In this document: positions 13,131 to 26,533 of the stretch, piece after piece
How the letters are laid out: every line of letters starts with the position of its first letter
Position numbering within the stretch: the stretch's first letter is position 1
From: Isurus oxyrinchus
Lineage: Eukaryota
Direction: 5' to 3'
NCBI GenBank assembly: GCA_026770705.1
Contig: JANJGN010000031.1
Location: forward strand, 1,240,001 to 1,304,000
DNA length: 64,000 nt
Made by a program: the position numbers and the translations under genes
Notes under the pieces: generated by a model
What the model was told of the DNA's origin: nothing
Seen by the model: only the letters and a program-made list of their open reading frames with translations
Databases searched by the model: none

Positions 13131-13449
13131 TCTTGAAGTATGACATCATGAAGCATTTCTTAACACAAACGAAACTGAAACATTTGCCCCAACGATTACT
13201 GGGTGTCTTGGAGGGTCATTTGAAGATTTAAGACTCAAATTGATAGGTTTATATTTGGTAAAGGTATTAATGGTGACAGTTCCAAGACGCACACATGAAG
13301 TTAAGATACAGAGCAGCTAGGATCTAACTGAATTTCCTGCCAGGTTGGAAAGAGCCCCAATTTTTCTAGAGTTTTCTACTTGAAGGCAGGTCCAATCCAC
13401 CGTGCCACAACCTCTGCTATAGCTGGGGCAAGCAGGCAGGTCCCGAATT

Positions 13450-15305
13450 AACAGAATCACAAAATTACACAGTGCAGAAGATGCCCTTTGGCCCATCGAG
13501 TCAGTACTGATGCGTGAGGAACACCTGACCTACCTACCTAATCACATTTGCCAGCACTTGGCCCATAGCCTTGAATGTTATGATATGCCAAGTGCTCATC
13601 CAGGTACTTTTTAAAGGATGTGAGAGAACCCGCCTCCACCACTCTCCTTGGCACCGCTTTCCAGACCGTCTCCATCGTCTGGAAAAAAGGTTTTTCCTCA
13701 CATCACCCCTAAGCCCCCTCCCCCTCACCTTGAACTTATGACCCCTCGTGACTGACCCTTCAACTAAGGGGAACAGCAATTTACTGTCCATCCTTTACAT
13801 GCACCTCATAATCTTGTACACCTCGATCAGGTCACCCCCTCAGTCTCCTCTGCTCCAAGGAAAACAACCCAAGTCTATCCAAATTCTCTTCATAACTTAA
13901 ATGATTCAACCCAGGCAACATCCTGGTGAATCTCCTCTGCACCCAAACCAGTGCAATCACATCGTTCCTATAAAGTGGCGACCAGAACTGCATACAGTAC
14001 TCCAGCTGTGGCCTAAGCAAAGTTCTATACAACTCCAACATGACCTCACTATTTTATTAATTTATGCCTCGATTGATAACGGCAAGTGTCCCATATGGCT
14101 TTTTCACCACCCCATTCACATGCCCCTCCGCCTTTAGAGATGTATGGACACACACGCCAAGGTCATTTTGAACAGCAGAATCTCCTAGTGTCATGCCATT
14201 CATTGAATACTTCCTTGTCAAATTAGTCCTTCCAAAGTGTATCACCTCACACTTTTCAGGGTTAAATTCCATTTGTGATTTATCTGCCCATTTGCCTATC
14301 CCGTCTATATATTCCTGTAGCCCAAGACACTCAACATTACTGTTAAGTAGCCGGCTAATCACTGTATAATCTGCAATTTTATTAATTCCACCCCGCAAAT
14401 AGTCATCCATCTCATGTTATATAGATTGCAAATAATAAGGGACCCAACGCAGATCTGTGTGGTACGCCACTGGAAACTTGCTCCCAGTCACTACAGCAGC
14501 CTTCTGTCATCACACTTTGTCTCCTACAGCTAAGCCAATTTTGAATCCACCTTATCAACTTACCCAGTATCCCATGTGAATTTGCCTTCTTTATAAGTCT
14601 CCCATTTGGGGCATTGACAAAGGCTTTGCTAAAATCCGTATAATCTACATCAACTGTATTACCCTGATCTACAAACCTGGTCTGTTCCTCAAAAAATTCA
14701 ATCAAATTTGTTAGGCATGACGTCCTTCTGACAAAGCCATGCTGACTATCCCTGATCAAACATTGCCTCTTCAAGTGGAGGTAGATTCTCTCCTTCAGGA
14801 TTTCCTCCAATGTTTCCCCTATTACTGAAGTGAGACTCCCTTGTGTGTAGTTCCCTGGCTTATCTCTGCAACAATTCTTAAGCGGTGGAACCATGTTAGC
14901 TCCAGTCCTCTGCCATCTCCCCCGTGGCCAGAGAAGGAATTAAAAATTTTGGTCAGAGCCCCTACAATCTCCTCCTTTGCCTTCCTCAGCAGCCTGGGAC
15001 AGAAATCTTCCAAACCTGGAGATTTGTCCACTTTGAGATCTGCCAACACCTCCAAAACCTTGTCACTCCCTATATGCATTTTCTCAAGAACCTCACAGTC
15101 TCTCTCCCGAAGCCGATATCTTCATCCTCATTCAGTCGGGTGAAGATGGATGTGAAGTATTCATTCAACACTCTAGCGATATCCTCTGGTTCCACTGATA
15201 GATTGCCCCCTTGATCCCTTATGGGACCTGATCTTTCCCTTGTTATCCTCTTCCCATTGATATACTTGCAAAATATCTTGGGATTTTCCCTACTTTTACG
15301 AGCCA
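13450..15305 (-). mobile_element. CR1-clade LINE (5'-truncated ORF2)
   Basis: QHGFVRRTSCLTNLIEFFEE, YTDFSKAF, SGVPHRSALGPLLFAIYI, LYRTLLRPQLEYCMQFWSP. Confidence 0.9.
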
Positions 15306-15740
15306 GAGTAAAAAGATAACATGAAAGAAGGAAGGAAGAAATGATATGATAAACGATGGATGTTCACAAAAATTGTCCCTTGAAAAATCACTTACACTGA
15401 ATTAAGATCATGAGTCTCACAACAGAAATATCTTTGGATTTAACTTTCTCTTCCAATAGGGAAATGAACGAAAACAGGAGAGGACAGTGTTGAGGGGAGT
15501 GAAACTGCCTCCTGTCAAATCATTGAGGGAAAGATGGAGGGCCAAAGGCTGTGTGCATACAGCCCTCCCTCGATGGTGAAAGACATGCTCTGTCCCTCTA
15601 AAATTCACTGTAATTGGAGCTGAGAAGAACAACGAGTTTAGAACAGCAGAGGGAGCGAGTGGGAAAAGCAGCTTCAGATACAGTGGGTTAGTCTGAGGTA
15701 CAACAGTCGGCCTAAGGGGAGAGAGCAGAATAATTTGGCA
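15305..15740 (-). pseudogene. Orphan V leader exon (15396-15431) with promoter and partial intron, V2/V5 type; V exon absent
   Basis: Aligns with the V5 upstream region (~51870-52270, reverse complement). Leader atatttctgttgtgagactcatgatcttaattcagt|gtaagt has ATG changed to ATA and a 1-nt deletion. The intron is cut by a CR1 at ~15305. Confidence 0.75.
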
Positions 15741-15749
15741 CTTTGCAGG

Positions 15750-17250
15750 CACCAAGGAAATGCCCAGCTTTCCATCAATTCTGCAAGGCATGTGGCAGAA
15801 AGGGCCATTGACAGCAGCAGTGCACCAGAGCAAAGGCTGATACAGCTACAAAGAGCTGTGCACTGATCCAAACAGACTGTACACAACAGGTATCTTCAAG
15901 CAATAAGAATGACCATCCGGTATCCCATCAGAAACATATACATGAGGTTACTGGCAATCCAAAAAATGATGATGATGTTCACGACAAGACAGAGAGCAAC
16001 AAACTCATGTTTCACACCGTCAATCTGACGGGAAACATAGATGCCATCTCTCTGTCCAAAGTTCTTGCCAAGATTTTAATTAACTGCCCTAAGAAAGTTG
16101 GTAAACACTCATTATTGGACTAGATAGACACAGGGGCAAGTGCCAGCATACTATAACTGCAAACTCTAAAAGATATGTATCTGGTGACGTGGAAGGCCAA
16201 GGCAAAGCCGACTGCTGTGAAACTCTCAGCAGGCAACAGTTCACTAATTCCATGTGCAGCGTCCTTAGTCCTGGAGTGCTAGTGCAATCAATTCTGGGTG
16301 TCTCAGATGTTGAATATCGTGGAGACTAAAGGCCCAGTGATTGTAGGTCAACCAGATGCCATGCCAGCACATCAGTGACAATCTGTGGAATTAATCAGAC
16401 ATCACAAGGCAGATCGACCTCAGAAGCAACTCTTATCACCTCAATTCACAACTAACATTGAAATTTCCAGAATGTTTCAACAAAGTTGGTAGTTTCAAGG
16501 CAAATGCAACATTACACTTGCAGGAAAATACAACACTGTCCATTGACCTGGGACATTTTGCACAACACAAATGCAAGCAGCTAGAAGAAGAAATGATGAA
16601 AGATGCCATGCTACAAAAACTGTGGAAAACCATCACTGAAGACTGGCTTGATTCAATTCAACATGTCCACGAACATGTCAGCCAATTTAGGCCTTCCAGG
16701 TCAAGCAGGATATCTCCATGGAGTCATTTGTAAAGGCAGGCAAGCCATCATGCCAGAATCTTTGCGACCTGATATTCTTCAACAAATTCATCACTAACAT
16801 ATGGGTATAGTTAGGCTGAGAAGACTCGCAAGAGAGACGGTTTCTTGGCCTGGCATGAACTCATTAAGCAATTCAAGGCATGTCACAAGCATATGCCAGG
16901 TCAACAGAAATTACTATCGATTCCACATAAAGTTCCTATTCATCCTTGCTCCAAAATTGGATTTTTATGTCCCGAGCACTGATTTCATCGTCATTTAACA
17001 AGTACCCCCATTTTTCAATAATTGCACGATAGGTCAAGCACAATTGTCACTCACACTTTAAGTGCTAATTTAAGTTTAATGGTGTGCCTACACTAAGGGA
17101 TCATTACAGATACTGGTCCACAATTTAGTGATAAGCTATTTTAGGATTGAGTGAAAAGTGAAATATTGATCACGTTACTTCTGCTCAGTACCCTAGATCT
17201 AACAGCCTAGCTGAATGAATAATTTGCATGGCAAAATCCTTAATTCTCAT
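15750..17250 (+). mobile_element. Decayed Ty3/Gypsy LTR retrotransposon internal region (gag knuckle, protease, integrase; RT not found)
   Basis: CKACGRKGH*QQQC knuckle at 15782; IDTGASASIL at ~16124; LRPDILQQIHH*HMGIVRLRRLARETVSWPGM; IITDTGPQFS...YPRSNSLAE. Confidence 0.8.
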
Positions 17251-17819
17251 TTTTTTGTTGATTCATTCATGGGATAACTAAACCAGCATTTATTGCCCAT
17301 GCCTAATTGCTCTTGATGAGCTGCTTTATTGAACTGCTGCAGCACAGGTGGTGTAGGTACAATGACAGTTCTGTTAGGGAGGGAGTTTTAAGATTGTGAC
17401 CCAGCGACAGAGAAGGAACAGTGATATATTTCCAAGTCAGGGTTGTGTATGGCTTGGAGGGGAATTCCAGTTGGGGTTTTCCCAAGCATCTGCTGCCGCC
17501 ACCCTTCTAGATAGTAGCAGTCTGCATTTGGAAGGTGCTGTCCAAGGAACGTCGGTGAGTTCCTGCCATGAATCTTGTCAGAGCATCCTGTCAGCTGCTA
17601 GGAATCATGTGACGAGTAACTCACCACCTGACTTCCCCAAGCCTGTCCACCAACTACAAGGCACAAGTCAGGAATATCATGGAACAGTCGCTAATTGCCT
17701 GGAAGAGCGCACCTCCAATAACACTCAAGGAGCTTGACACCGTCCAGGACAAATCTGCCCACTGGATTGGCACCGACCCAACAAACATTCACTCCCTCCA
17801 CTAGTTTAGTGTCCTGCTA

Positions 17820-18315
17820 CAGCAATTAACAGCACTTGAACCAACTGCTTTCAGGTGATTAATAGGTAACTGCCACTCCTGGCAGTTCTCTGTTTAAAAA
17901 ACTAACCTAACTTACATAAAGGTTAGTACAATGTCAGGGCTTGATTGTTTATCTATAGTTAAAACCTGAAATGGACTTACCAGAATTTACCAGACTGAGC
18001 CAAATTCGCTCTTCCCTCAGCCCCTGCCTCACACCTATATAGTCATCTGTATCCTGTGTGTCCCTTACTGACCATGTGACTTGAAAAGTATGTCTCTTTT
18101 GTAGACCCTTCAATTAATCACTAACTACTGTGGCTTCCTGCTGCGGTAATTAAAACCACTTTAACCCAGTGCTTTCAGGTGATTGACAGATAACTGCCAC
18201 TCCAAGCGGTTCTCTGTTTAACAAGTCAACCTAACTTACTTTAAGGTTAGTGCTTTGCCAGATCTTGATTCTTAATCCACAATTAAAACCTGAATAGAAC
18301 TGAGCAGTACTTGCC
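17820..18315. repeat. Diverged ~170-bp direct repeat, two copies ~325 bp apart
   Basis: tgctttcaggtgatt...taactgccactcc...ttctctgttta...aacctaacttac...aaggttagt...ttaaaacctgaa at ~17845 and ~18170. Confidence 0.75.
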
Positions 18316-18789
18316 ATGTGAACCTAATTCTCTACTCACTCTGTCTCCAGGTGGAATCATCACAGATTTGCAATAAGTGCTCTAGCAGGCAGGTAATATG
18401 ATTATTGTTCTACACACTGGCCGCAACAACAGATTGTCACACATTATCATCCCAAATCCACCGCATTATTTATGCATTATGGGGAAACCCACCGCTTCCA
18501 AGCTGGGTGGTATTTCGTTCACCCTCCACGCCATCACCTCGCCATGTAATCACGAAGGGCACCATATTTAAACTCCAGCCATGCATCCAGCTCTCAGTGC
18601 TTCCAGCCCACAAGAGCTGAAAAGAAGACACGGCCTTGAAAGGCAAAAAGACTGCAGCTCCCAGATTCAATGACGTGTCCCTTGAGTGCGTTTTGGATGC
18701 TCCCAACATATATATATTCTTTTCTGGCACAAAAATACAACAGGAAAAGTGGCCTAACCATGGTTGACAAAATAAATTAAGGATAGTAT

Positions 18790-20279
18790 TAGATCCATAG
18801 AGTGTCATATAAAGTAGCTAGGAAAAATAACAAGGCTGAGGATAGGGAGCACGTTGGAATTCAGCAAAGGAGGATCAAGAAATTGATTAAGAGCAGAAAA
18901 ATAGAGTATGAGACTAAACTTGCAAGGAACATAAAAGAGGACAGTAAAAGCTTCTGTAAGTATGTAAAATAAAAAAAATATTAGTAAAGACTAGTATTTC
19001 AAGTGGGTAATATATGAAATAGGTTTGTTATAGTCCAACAGAGGAGAATTTATAATATAGAACAAGGATATGGCAGAGCAATTCAACTATTACTTTAGTC
19101 CTGTCTTCATGGAGGAAGATACAAATAACTTCCCAGAAATACTAGGGTACCAAAGGACTGGTGAGAAGGAGGAATTGAAGGAAATTAGTATTACTAAAAA
19201 ACAGTGCTGGATATATTATTGGGACTGAAAGCCCATAAAGTCCCAAGGCCTGATAATCTACATCCCAGGATATTGAAGGAGGTGGCCATGGAAGTAATGG
19301 ATGAGTTGGTTGTCAGCTTCCATAATCCTGTAGACTCTGGAACAGTTCTGGTAGATTGGAGCGTGGCAAATGTAACCACTAGTTATAAAATGAAGGAGGG
19401 AGACAAAATGGGATTACATGCTGGTTAACCTAACACCAATAGTCGGCAAAATGCTATAGCCTATTATAAAAGATGTGATAACAGGACACTTAGAAAATAT
19501 CAGCGGGATGAGACAACATCAACCTGGATTTATGAAAGGCCATCATGTTTGACAAGCCTACTGGAGATTTTTTGAGGACATAACTAGCAGATTAGATCAG
19601 AGAGGATATACCGCAGTGTATGTGGTGTATTTGGATTTTCAGAAAACTTTTGATACAGTCCCACATAAGAGTTAGTGTGTAAAATTAAAACACATGGAAT
19701 TGGGGGTAATATATTAGTGTGGATTGAGAATTAGTTAACAACAGGAAACAGAGAGTAGGAGCAAATGGGTCTTTTTCAGAATGGCAGGTGCTGACAAATG
19801 GGGTACTGCAGGGATCACTGCTTGGGACCAAACTATTCACAATATATATCAATTATCTGGATAAGAGAACCAAATGTAATATTTCCAAGTTTACTGATGA
19901 CACAAAACTAGGTGGGAATTTGAGTAGTGAGGAGGATGTTAAGAGGCTTCAAGGCGATTTGGACAAGTTGAGTGAATGGGAAAATGCATGGCAGATGCAG
20001 TATAACGTGGATAAGTGTGAACTTATCCACTTTGGTAAGCAAACCAGGATTGTATTATTTTGCTTGTGATACATTCGGAAATATTGATATACAAAGGGAC
20101 CTGGGTATCCTTCTACACCAATCATTGAAAGCAAACATACAGATGCAGCAAGCAGTGGAGGAGACAAAAGATATGTTGGCCTTCATTGAGAGAGGAATTC
20201 AGTACAGCAGCAAGGATGTCTTACTGCATATATCCAGGATCTTGGTGAGACCATGCCTGGAGTGTTGTGTGCAGTTTTG
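18790..20279 (+). mobile_element. CR1-clade LINE ORF2, 5' part (continues at 26005-26530)
   Basis: PRPDNLHPRILKEVA, GVLQGSLLGTKLFTIYIN, ISKFTDDTKLGG, LVRPCLECCVQFW. Confidence 0.88.
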
Positions 20280-23200
20280 GGGCTCAATTTTCCGTGCCTG
20301 CTGGCAGCAGACATAATAGGTGGCATCTCCGGACAATATGATATGATCAGTTTCAAGACATCAGGAAAACAGGTCGCGATTGTCCCTGAGCCCGCCAATA
20401 GAGGACTGCATTTCTTGCCATTATTCATTAGGAACCTCATTGTAATACATCAGCATATCATTGTCACACCGTTCCACCAGGCTGTTGCACCCCCGCTCGA
20501 TCATCCATTCATGTCGGCGGGAAAGCACAATGGCGTGTTTCACAACAGCACAAAGGCGACGTGCACTTGGTGGTCTGCAGTTTGGGTGAACTGCAGGTGA
20601 GTGCACAGCAACATTCTGCAGAACTCTCCATGGCCACCTGTTGCTTTGCAGGCTTCAGGGGTGCTAGGGGGTCGGGGCTAAGTGCCGCCCTAGCTCTGAG
20701 GTGAATTATAAAGGTGAGCGGGAGCAGGGGCAGATGCAGCCTTGTCTTTGAGGCCACCTCGGAGAGGGTGCAAGTGCAGCCTTGCCTTTCAATATAGCGC
20801 ACGATCATTCTGGGTGGGTAAGGGAATGGCCACGCATTTGGGGATCCTATAGAAAGTGACCATTCCTATGCAACAAAGACAATCTAGGCACGGTCACATT
20901 GATATGTTTGTGTTGTGTTCCTAGCTTATCTACCTACTCAAGCAATGCAGAGGCATAAAAGTGTCGCCAAGTTCTGCAGGGCTCCCCTACCACAATCCCA
21001 CCCCGCCTCCTCCAACCTTGACATAGACTGAAATTTCATGAGCACTTCTTGGACTACAGAGCATTTGGACTGCGCACATTGTACAATCTCCTCACTAAAG
21101 CTGGGCAGTCACTGCTGAAGGCGCTCACACCCTCCTGCAAAATCAGCACCCCTTTTTGGACTGGTCTTCCACATGGTTCAAACTAACAGGGCAGCCATGC
21201 AACATACTAACCGCCAGCCATCCAAGTAGTGGCCAGCAATCTCCAGGAAGCGTTAAGGGGCTGTGACACTTATTCAAGACAGGTTATTAACACACGCGTG
21301 CTAACCACATGTATTTGTCTTTCATCCTGCTGGAGGAGTACATCTGGATCATGAAGGCTGGTGAATTAGGCCTGATGGTCTATAGAGCTCGAAGAAGATG
21401 GAAGACAGTGTGGCTGAGGCTCATGGCTGTGCAAAGACAGGAGCAGGAGCAGCAACCTCAGGAAGAAGGGGCGGCTGTGGCTCCCGTACATCCCACACAA
21501 GAGCCACAATGCGCCATCGCTGGTCAGTGCCTAGTGATTCCCAGGGTCTATAGGCACCATATTTCATTCCTGCAGATGACCGAGAACTACATTTGTCTAG
21601 GGAACTGGTTGCTCACATCTGCCATTTACTGCAGCATTTGGCACCATGGGGGCATGGAGGGCATCCAATGCCAGTGGCTGTGAAAGGAACCACAGCGCTC
21701 AATTTATTTGCAAGTGGCTCCTTTCGGAGCTTCACATGTGACCTCTGTGGGATCTCTCAAGCCTACACCCACAAATGCATTCATGAAGTCACAGATGCCA
21801 TCTTCATAAGGGCACATAACTTTATGCATTTTGCCGGGGGCCAGGACAGCCAGGATGCTACAGCGATTCGATTCTCCCATATCTCGGTTTTCCCACTGGT
21901 GCAGGATGCAATTGCCTGCACTCAGGTCGTGCTCAGATCTCTGTCGCAACGCAGGGTGAACTATATCAACCACAAGGGCTTCCATTTGCTTAATGTGCAG
22001 CTGGTGTGCAACCACCAGAAATGCATCCTGCAGGTTAGCGCACAGTTTCCAAGGAGTGTGCACAACTCCTACATCCTCAGTCAGTCACAAATCCCTGGAG
22101 TCTTCCAGAATCCACAGAGGCTGCAGGATTGCTCCTCGGGGACAAAGGCTACCTGCAGTGACCGTGGCTGATGACATCCATGCAGCGGCCTCCAACTACA
22201 GGAGATTGATATCATAATGAGGGTCATGCTGCAGCTTGGAACTTGGTGGAGAAGACCACCGGGATGCTGAAGATGAGATTCCAGTGCCTGGACCAGTCTG
22301 GTGAAGCCCTGCAGTACAATCCACAGAAGGTGTCATGATGCATCGTCATTGTCTGCTGTACCCTTTACAACTTCACACATGAATGCGGATACGAGCTGGC
22401 TGTGGATGAGATGGAGGAGCTGCACATCCGCTCCAATGAGAAGGCCACTGATGGGGATGAGGCTGAGGAGTTCATAATAAGGCAATAAGACATAGGAGCA
22501 GGAGAAGGCCATTGGGCCCATCGAGCCTGCTCCACCATTCAATGAGTTCATGACTGAGCTGAGAATCCTCAACTCCACTTTCTTACCTTTTGCTCATAAC
22601 CCTTGATTCCCTTACTGATTAAAAATCTGTCTATCTCAGCCTTGAATATAATTAACGAGCCAGCCTCTGCAGCCTCTGTGGTAAAGAATTCCCCAGATTG
22701 ACTACCCTCTGAGAGACGAAATTCCTCCTCATCTCTGTTTTAAATAGGCACCCCCTTACTCGGAGATTATGCGTTCTGGTCCTAGGCTCTCCCACAGGCG
22801 GAAGCAAGGTTTCAATATAACCCTGTCAAGTCCCCTAAGAATCTTTTATGTTTCAATAAGGTCGCTCTCATTCTTCTAAATGCCAATGAGTACATGCCCA
22901 ACTTACTCAACCTCTCCTCACAAGAAAATCCCTCTATCTCCGGGATCAACTTAGCGAACCTTCTCTGGGCTGCCCCCAATGCCAGTATATCGTTCCTTAT
23001 ATAAAGGGACCAAAATTGTTCACAGTATTCTAGGTGAGATCTATCTCATACCTTGTATAGTTTTAGCAACTCTTGCCTATTTTTGTATGTTCTTGGGATG
23101 TGGGCATTGCTGGCTCGTCAAGCATTTATTGCCCATCCGATTTAAGAGTCAACCACATTGCTGAGGCAGTGTCAGCTGTAGGCCAGACCAGGTAAGGACA

Positions 23201-26004
23201 GCAGATTTCCTTCCATAAAGGATATTAGTGATCCAGATGGGTTTCACTAGAATGAACAATGGTCATCATTTGACTTTTAATTCCAGATATTTTATTGAAT
23301 TTGGAGTTCACCTGCCATGGTAAGATTTCAACCCAGGCCCCCAGAGCATTGTGCTGCATCTCTGAATTCGTTAATCTAGTGACAATGTCAATACACCACC
23401 ACGTCCCCACTAAACTCCATTCCCTTTGAAATAAAGGCCAGCATTCCAATTGCCTTCCTCATTACCTGCTGAACCTCTATACCAGGTTTTTGGGATTCAT
23501 GTATGAAGGCTCTCAAATCCCTCTGTGCTGCAGTTTTCTTCAGTCTTTCTCCAGTTAAATAATATTCAGCTCCTCTATTTTTCCTGTCAAAGTGCAAAAC
23601 TGCACACTTTCCCACGTGATCTTCCATATGCCATGTTTTTGCCCACTCATATAACCTGCCTATATCCCTCTGTAGACACTTTGTGTAATACTCACTACTT
23701 GTTTTCCCACCTTTTTTTGTATCACCCGCAAACTTGGCCATAGTAAATTCATTTTCCTCATCCGTTTCATTAACATATATTGTAAATATTTGAGGCCCCA
23801 GCACTGATCCCTGTTGCACTCCACTAGTTACAGGTTGCCAGCCTGAAAATATCTCAACTCTCTGTCTTCTATTAGTTAGTCAGTCTTCAATCCATATTAA
23901 TAAGCTATTCCCAGCACTATGGGCTCATCTAATTAAGTACCCTTTTGTAAATCCAAATATATTACATCTACTCGTTCCGCTTTACCTATCCTTCTTGTAC
24001 CTCCTCAAACAATTCCAATCAATTTGTGAGGCATGATTTATCCTTCATAAAGCCATGCTGACGCTGCTTGATTATATTTTGCATTCCTAAATACTCAGCT
24101 ATTACATCTTTTATAATAGACTCCAACATTTTCGCAATAGCAGCTGTTAAGCTGACTGGTCGATAGTTACGTGTTTTTAGTCTCCAACTAAACCTGACCT
24201 GTTTGTGATGACATTGGCAGGTGTCCTCTGGAGGCCCCTGCCTGCTTTCGAATTCAGCTGTGTGGAAATGGCAAATCCTTCGGCCTTTGATGCTAGAGAT
24301 GCTGAGGTCACAGGAAGAGGGGAGCCGAATGGGTTGGACAGTCCTGGAGTCACCTGGATGGATGGGCCGGGAGTGTGCACCTGAGGGTCCTCCTTCCTAT
24401 GTGTGCCCGGGGGCCATAGGTTGGTTCCTTGAGGAGAAGGGTTAGTTAGAGTGAGATTGAGCTGCCCAGCACCCCTCTCACGTACACAGAGTTGGAGGTA
24501 AACTATGACATCAGTGATGGAGTAGAGTCTGCACAGCAGTGCAGAAGTGAGTTCCTGGACCAAGATCTCCAAGGCTCCCGCCATCCTACCAGTGTTGACC
24601 TCAGTGCGTTGCAATGCAGCGCTATTAGTTCAGCCTGAAGACAGATGGTCTCCTCCATCATGCCTACCAATCTGAGGAGTGCAGCGGACATCCTTTCCTG
24701 ATTTTCCAGAATTTGCTTTTGCAGCTCCATCAACTGTGACATGACCGAGTCCAGGAGTTCATCACCTGACTTGAAATCAGCAATGTTCTGGCCTGCAGCA
24801 GTCCTCCGAGTGCCGGACACCTGGGAAATCCCTGATGCCGCCAGCAGTTGATAGACAGTGCGATGTGCTCACCAGATGCTGATCCTGGGGCTATTCTAAA
24901 GTTAAGTTCTACCGAAGTATGTCTCTCTGCACTGGTGGCGGGTGTGGATGAACACTGTGACGGGACTTCAGAGAGGTTGCCTTCTGATTCTGCTTCAGAG
25001 GTATCTTCGGGACTTGACTGGAGGCTCTGAGCCATGGACTCTCTCGGCTGTTTGGCAGATGTGCCTGCAAAAGCAAGGAGAGAAAATGAGTGCATGGTAA
25101 TGGCCTGTGAAAGAGAACGGATCATTCACAGCATGGTTATCTGATGGATGTTGCACTGCTGGATCTTCAGTTGGTAGATCAGCACTGACCACATCATCAG
25201 CACAGGACTGGTCTGGATCAGCCAGCTGGACTGCTCTGTTTTCAAAGTACGCGAGGACCTTGATCTCCAGCATTCAGCCACCTGTCTGTGGCCACTCTCT
25301 GTTGTTGAATGCCAGCTTATACTGCATGGATGGAGATGGAGAAAGTGTACATAGGCCTACTGCCAGGCCAGATGATAAGAATGCCCATCCTGTGTGGGTC
25401 CCATGGAAGGGATGAGGACGATGACGGTGAATGTGAGGTGAAGTCCCTAGAACCGGCAGTGAATGCTCACCCCGTGGATTTGTAATGGGTTTGTGAGTGT
25501 GCAGGTTGAGTGACGAGGCTCACGGAACGGAGGAGATGATTCATCCTCTTGTGACACTGGGTGGATCAGCTCGTTTGAAAGTTGTTGGTGCTGATCACTG
25601 CTGCCATCACCTCCCAAGTGGGACTAGGGCTGTTGCCGCCCATATTGCAGCGAGAGCTGGGGTAGAGGCTATCACGGCGGGCCTCAGCAGGAACCAAAAG
25701 TCACTCGAGAGATGAATTGCTGAACCTGGAGTCAACAGTCTTCTTCAGTTTCAGAGCCATGTTTTCTGTGTAGCAGTGGCGAGCTGGAAGCACTGAAACG
25801 TGTGTCTGATGTGCTGCAGTGGTGGGGTGATGGCAGCAGGCGAATAAGAGCCCATTTGCCATGGAAAAAGCATGTATCCCTGGAGTGCATAAATAATGAG
25901 GCGGTTTTGGGATGTTATGGTGTGAAAACCCACCAGCCAGCAGGTAAAACAACATTTTAATCACCTGCGATGGCACTTAGTGCAAATTTGGCAAAATTCC
26001 ACCC
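20280..26004. mobile_element. PIF/Harbinger DNA transposon (decayed): transposase on + (~21310-22490), Myb/SANT-like gene on - (~24220-25760)
   Basis: Termini GGGCTCAATTTTCC ... GGCAAAATTCCACCC with 3-bp TSD TTG (20277-20279 and 26005-26007). HARBI1-like motifs: LFASGSF, YINHKGFH, SVHNSYIL, GDKGY, EKTTGMLKMRFQCLD. Confidence 0.88.
22490..24220 (-). mobile_element. CR1-clade LINE nested in the Harbinger, itself carrying a SINE at ~23090-23410
   Basis: QQGSVLGPQIFTIYVN, AKFAGDTKKGG; CR1 3' tail at 22490-22560. Confidence 0.85.
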
Positions 26005-26530
26005 TTGGTTTCTTTATCTAAGAAAGGATATACGTGTCATAGAGTGAGTGCACTGAAGGTTCACCAGACTGATACCTGGGATGGCAGGATTGTCATATGA
26101 GATGGGATCGGCCCAACTAGGCCTGTATTCACTAGAGATTAGAAGAATGAGAGAGGATCTCATTGAAACGTCTACAATTCTGACAGGACTGAACAGACTG
26201 GATGCAGGAATGATGTTTCCTCTCGCTGGAGGATCTAGAACAAGCAGCCACAATCTCAGGATACAGGGTGGGCCATTTAGGACTGAGATGAGGAGAAACT
26301 TTTTTCACTCAGAGGGTAGTAAACTCATGAAATTCTCTACCACAGACAGCTGTGAAGGCCGAGCTATGGATTATATTTATGAAGGAAATAGATAGATTTC
26401 CAGGCTCTGAAGGTATTAAGGGGTATGGGGAAAGGGCAGGACTATGGCATTCAGATAAATGCTCAGCCATGATCATACTGAATGGCAGAGCAGGCTCAAA
26501 GGGCCAAGTGACCTACTCCTGCTTCTGCAT
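26005..26530 (+). mobile_element. 3' continuation of the CR1 interrupted at 20279
   Basis: Rejoining the two sides reads QFWFLYLRKD...LGLYSLEIRRMREDLIE. Confidence 0.85.
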
Positions 26531-26533
26531 ATA

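Larger units (their letters stand above)
280..13420 (-). repeat. Left arm of large imperfect inverted segmental duplication
   Basis: Collinear reverse-complement matches to 46820-62330, e.g. 13375-13410 vs 46820-46855, V3/V4, V2/V5, V1/V6, 297-420 vs 62200-62310. Confidence 0.85.

Noticed and set aside
21593-22171. Domesticated HARBI1 gene
   Set aside because: Frameshifts, stops and altered catalytic motifs; it lies inside TIRs and a TSD, so it is a decayed transposon.
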